From Desulfurococcales archaeon (GTDB lineage Archaea > Thermoproteota > Thermoprotei_A > Sulfolobales > NBVN01), in assembly GCA_026986435.1 (NCBI GenBank), contig JALSOP010000035.1:1-57163 (forward strand): a stretch of 57,163 nt of DNA, in the 5' to 3' direction. Under the pieces are notes generated by a model, which saw only the letters and a list, made by a program, of their open reading frames with translations, did no database searches and had not been told where the DNA came from. Shown here in pieces: positions 55,612-57,163 of this stretch (positions within the stretch are counted from its first letter, which is position 1; each line of letters begins with the position of its first letter). Position numbers and translations under genes: made by a program.

Positions 55612-57163
55612 CTAAAATAGTTCTTCGGCTGAACTCATTCTCATAGCTATTCTCGCCCTTATCTTAAGAGCTACATACACCGCTATACCTGCTACTATCA
55701 TTACTACTATTATCGGAAGGTACCTAAACACCAATGTGAGAGGTAGCGGATACATTGTTATCGAGACGTCCTTCGTGCTATCAAGCTCAACGCTAATGTC
55801 CTGATCGCTATAACCTCCGAAGGTCACATGTATGTTATATATATCATAGGGCAGTGTAAGCGTTACTATCCCGTTGCTGTCGCTCAGCATACTAGCAACA
55901 AGCATCCCCCTACTTGAACTGTATATTAGTACTTCGGCGTTTTGGAGAGGTGCTCCCATATCATTGATTATCTTTAGTGTGAGGACGTAGGACTTACGCT
56001 TCACATTCACAGTAACGTTCATATTATTTTTAAGAACGATACTGATTTCACCTGATGGCTCGTATATTTTTTCGAAGTTCTTTAAGGGTTCTACTTTCAG
56101 AATATAATTAGCGTATGGTAACTTTATAGTTGCGTTTGTTATTACATTCTTTGCAACCACGGTGTCATTCATATATATCATGAAAGCTCCAATGGGCTTC
56201 CCTTTTGTTAATTGATCAACTATCGTTATGTTAATCATGTATACCTGCCTCTGTATGGTTGCTGAAACTGTGAGATGCTTCGTTACATTCACGGTTAATT
56301 CAGTAGGAACATATACATACTCGTATCCAGGCTTAGGCATGATCTTTATCTTATGCACACCGTATACTAGCTGAAACTGTGCCTGTGTTTCTCCAGCGTC
56401 TATAATACCTATTAAAGTTCCGTTATCAAATACGTTTACTGGCACCGCTAACGGACCTACGAGACTATCAGCTATCGCTAAAGTTACTTTGTATTGATTC
56501 CTCGCTACAATAATTGTGTAGTTCATATCTTTTCTAACACTTATTGCGTCAGTAATGCCACGATAGACTGCGGAATTTTCCTTGCTTGGCTCAATAGTTA
56601 GCAAGAAGTCGCCATATGGTACCGCTAATTCTGTTCCGGATTGCACAAGGCCGTAATCCATATCCCCTATTTTGAGCTTAAAGCTACCAATTGCATCCCT
56701 ACCCGTAATACTATCCACTATCCTAAGCACAACTGTGTACCTTGTTCTGTTTAAAGTAATAGGTAAGGCAGTATCCCTAAGAAGATCAACTTCTATATCC
56801 GGTGATGATTGATATATCCTGGCTGCATCATCCCTCGTCACAATTTTAAGAGCTAGCGGTCCGGCTGGCAGTTCGAGTTTTGCTGTGCCATTAATTATTG
56901 TGAAAACTCCTGAACTAACGTTTGTTATAACATCGACAGGTGTTGTGACAACAGAGCCTGTTAGCTCATCAAGAATCGATAAAGTTAATGAGTATTTCTT
57001 CCTTTGCATTATGAGCGATACGCTAGTGTTCTTATTTATGAACTGGATCGTTGATGTGGGGTAGTATATACGCTCTCCGTAAGCCGTACTTGGAACAACA
57101 GTAATGTTATGGTTGCCGAAGATCAGGTTCAACAAATACATCTGTGAACTTATGTTTTCAGCA
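55612..57163 (-). CDS. Repeat-containing, C-terminally membrane-anchored surface (glyco)protein; N-terminus may lie outside the window
   Basis: The track gives 509 aa from the ATG at 57141, but the frame stays open to the window edge and no signal peptide follows that Met. Five roughly 84-aa repeats, about 11 N-x-S/T sequons, and a C-terminal TM helix (LPIIVVMIVAGIAVYVAL) with a basic stop-transfer. Confidence 0.6.
   Translation of the reverse strand, partial: AENISSQMYLLNLIFGNHNITVVPSTAYGERIYYPTSTIQFINKNTSVSLIMQRKKYSLTLSILDELTGSVVTTPVDVITNVSSGVFTIINGTAKLELPAGPLALKIVTRDDAARIYQSSPDIEVDLLRDTALPITLNRTRYTVVLRIVDSITGRDAIGSFKLKIGDMDYGLVQSGTELAVPYGDFLLTIEPSKENSAVYRGITDAISVRKDMNYTIIVARNQYKVTLAIADSLVGPLAVPVNVFDNGTLIGIIDAGETQAQFQLVYGVHKIKIMPKPGYEYVYVPTELTVNVTKHLTVSATIQRQVYMINITIVDQLTKGKPIGAFMIYMNDTVVAKNVITNATIKLPYANYILKVEPLKNFEKIYEPSGEISIVLKNNMNVTVNVKRKSYVLTLKIINDMGAPLQNAEVLIYSSSRGMLVASMLSDSNGIVTLTLPYDIYNIHVTFGGYSDQDISVELDSTKDVSITMYPLPLTLVFRYLPIIVVMIVAGIAVYVALKIRARIAMRMSSAEELF
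55744..56994 (-). repeat. Five tandem, roughly 84-aa domain repeats (beta-sandwich, carboxypeptidase-regulatory-like by pattern) at protein level
   Basis: Units start at aa 50, 135, 217, 301 and 385 with Y-x-h-x-h-x-I-x-D (YSLTLSILDE, YTVVLRIVDS, YKVTLAIADS, YMINITIVDQ, YVLTLKIIND). They are divergent at the DNA level. Confidence 0.6.

Overview
This is a compact, almost fully coding chromosomal segment. It is GC-rich by eye, with a few AT-rich islets. Gene content points to a hyperthermophilic crenarchaeon (Desulfurococcales/Pyrodictiaceae-like): reverse gyrase, Topo VI A/B, GINS-MCM, FEN1, ATP-dependent DNA ligase, a PolB3-like polymerase, CDC48, a 4-subunit 2-oxoacid:ferredoxin oxidoreductase, an EndA-type splicing endonuclease subunit, and dTMP metabolism (tmk, thyX, dcd). 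I found no CRISPR array, transposase, integrase or recognisable defence cassette. Items not explained by the ORF track: (1) a 476-aa LAGLIDADG intein splitting the Toprim DxD motif of Top6A. (2) A tRNA-Lys(CUU) hidden inside a false ORF extension, with a roughly 22-nt intron at a non-canonical position in the anticodon stem. (3) Five to six box C/D sRNA candidates in the short intergenic gaps. Two lie back to back downstream of reverse gyrase, and their guides match adjacent sites of the conserved 23S domain V sequence as I remember it. (4) An overlapping trio of a P-loop-less RecA/RadB-fold protein, a small helical ORF and an exonuclease-less PolB3-like polymerase with a degenerate motif C. 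(5) Four translationally coupled, mutually divergent stand-alone 4xCBS (AMPK-gamma-like) proteins at the end of a 9.3-kb co-directional gene string that starts with an Lhr-type helicase and includes an NFACT/Rqc2 homologue. (6) An AT-rich terminal islet encoding a five-repeat, sequon-rich, C-terminally anchored surface protein. All family assignments come from motif recognition by eye; no database search was run.
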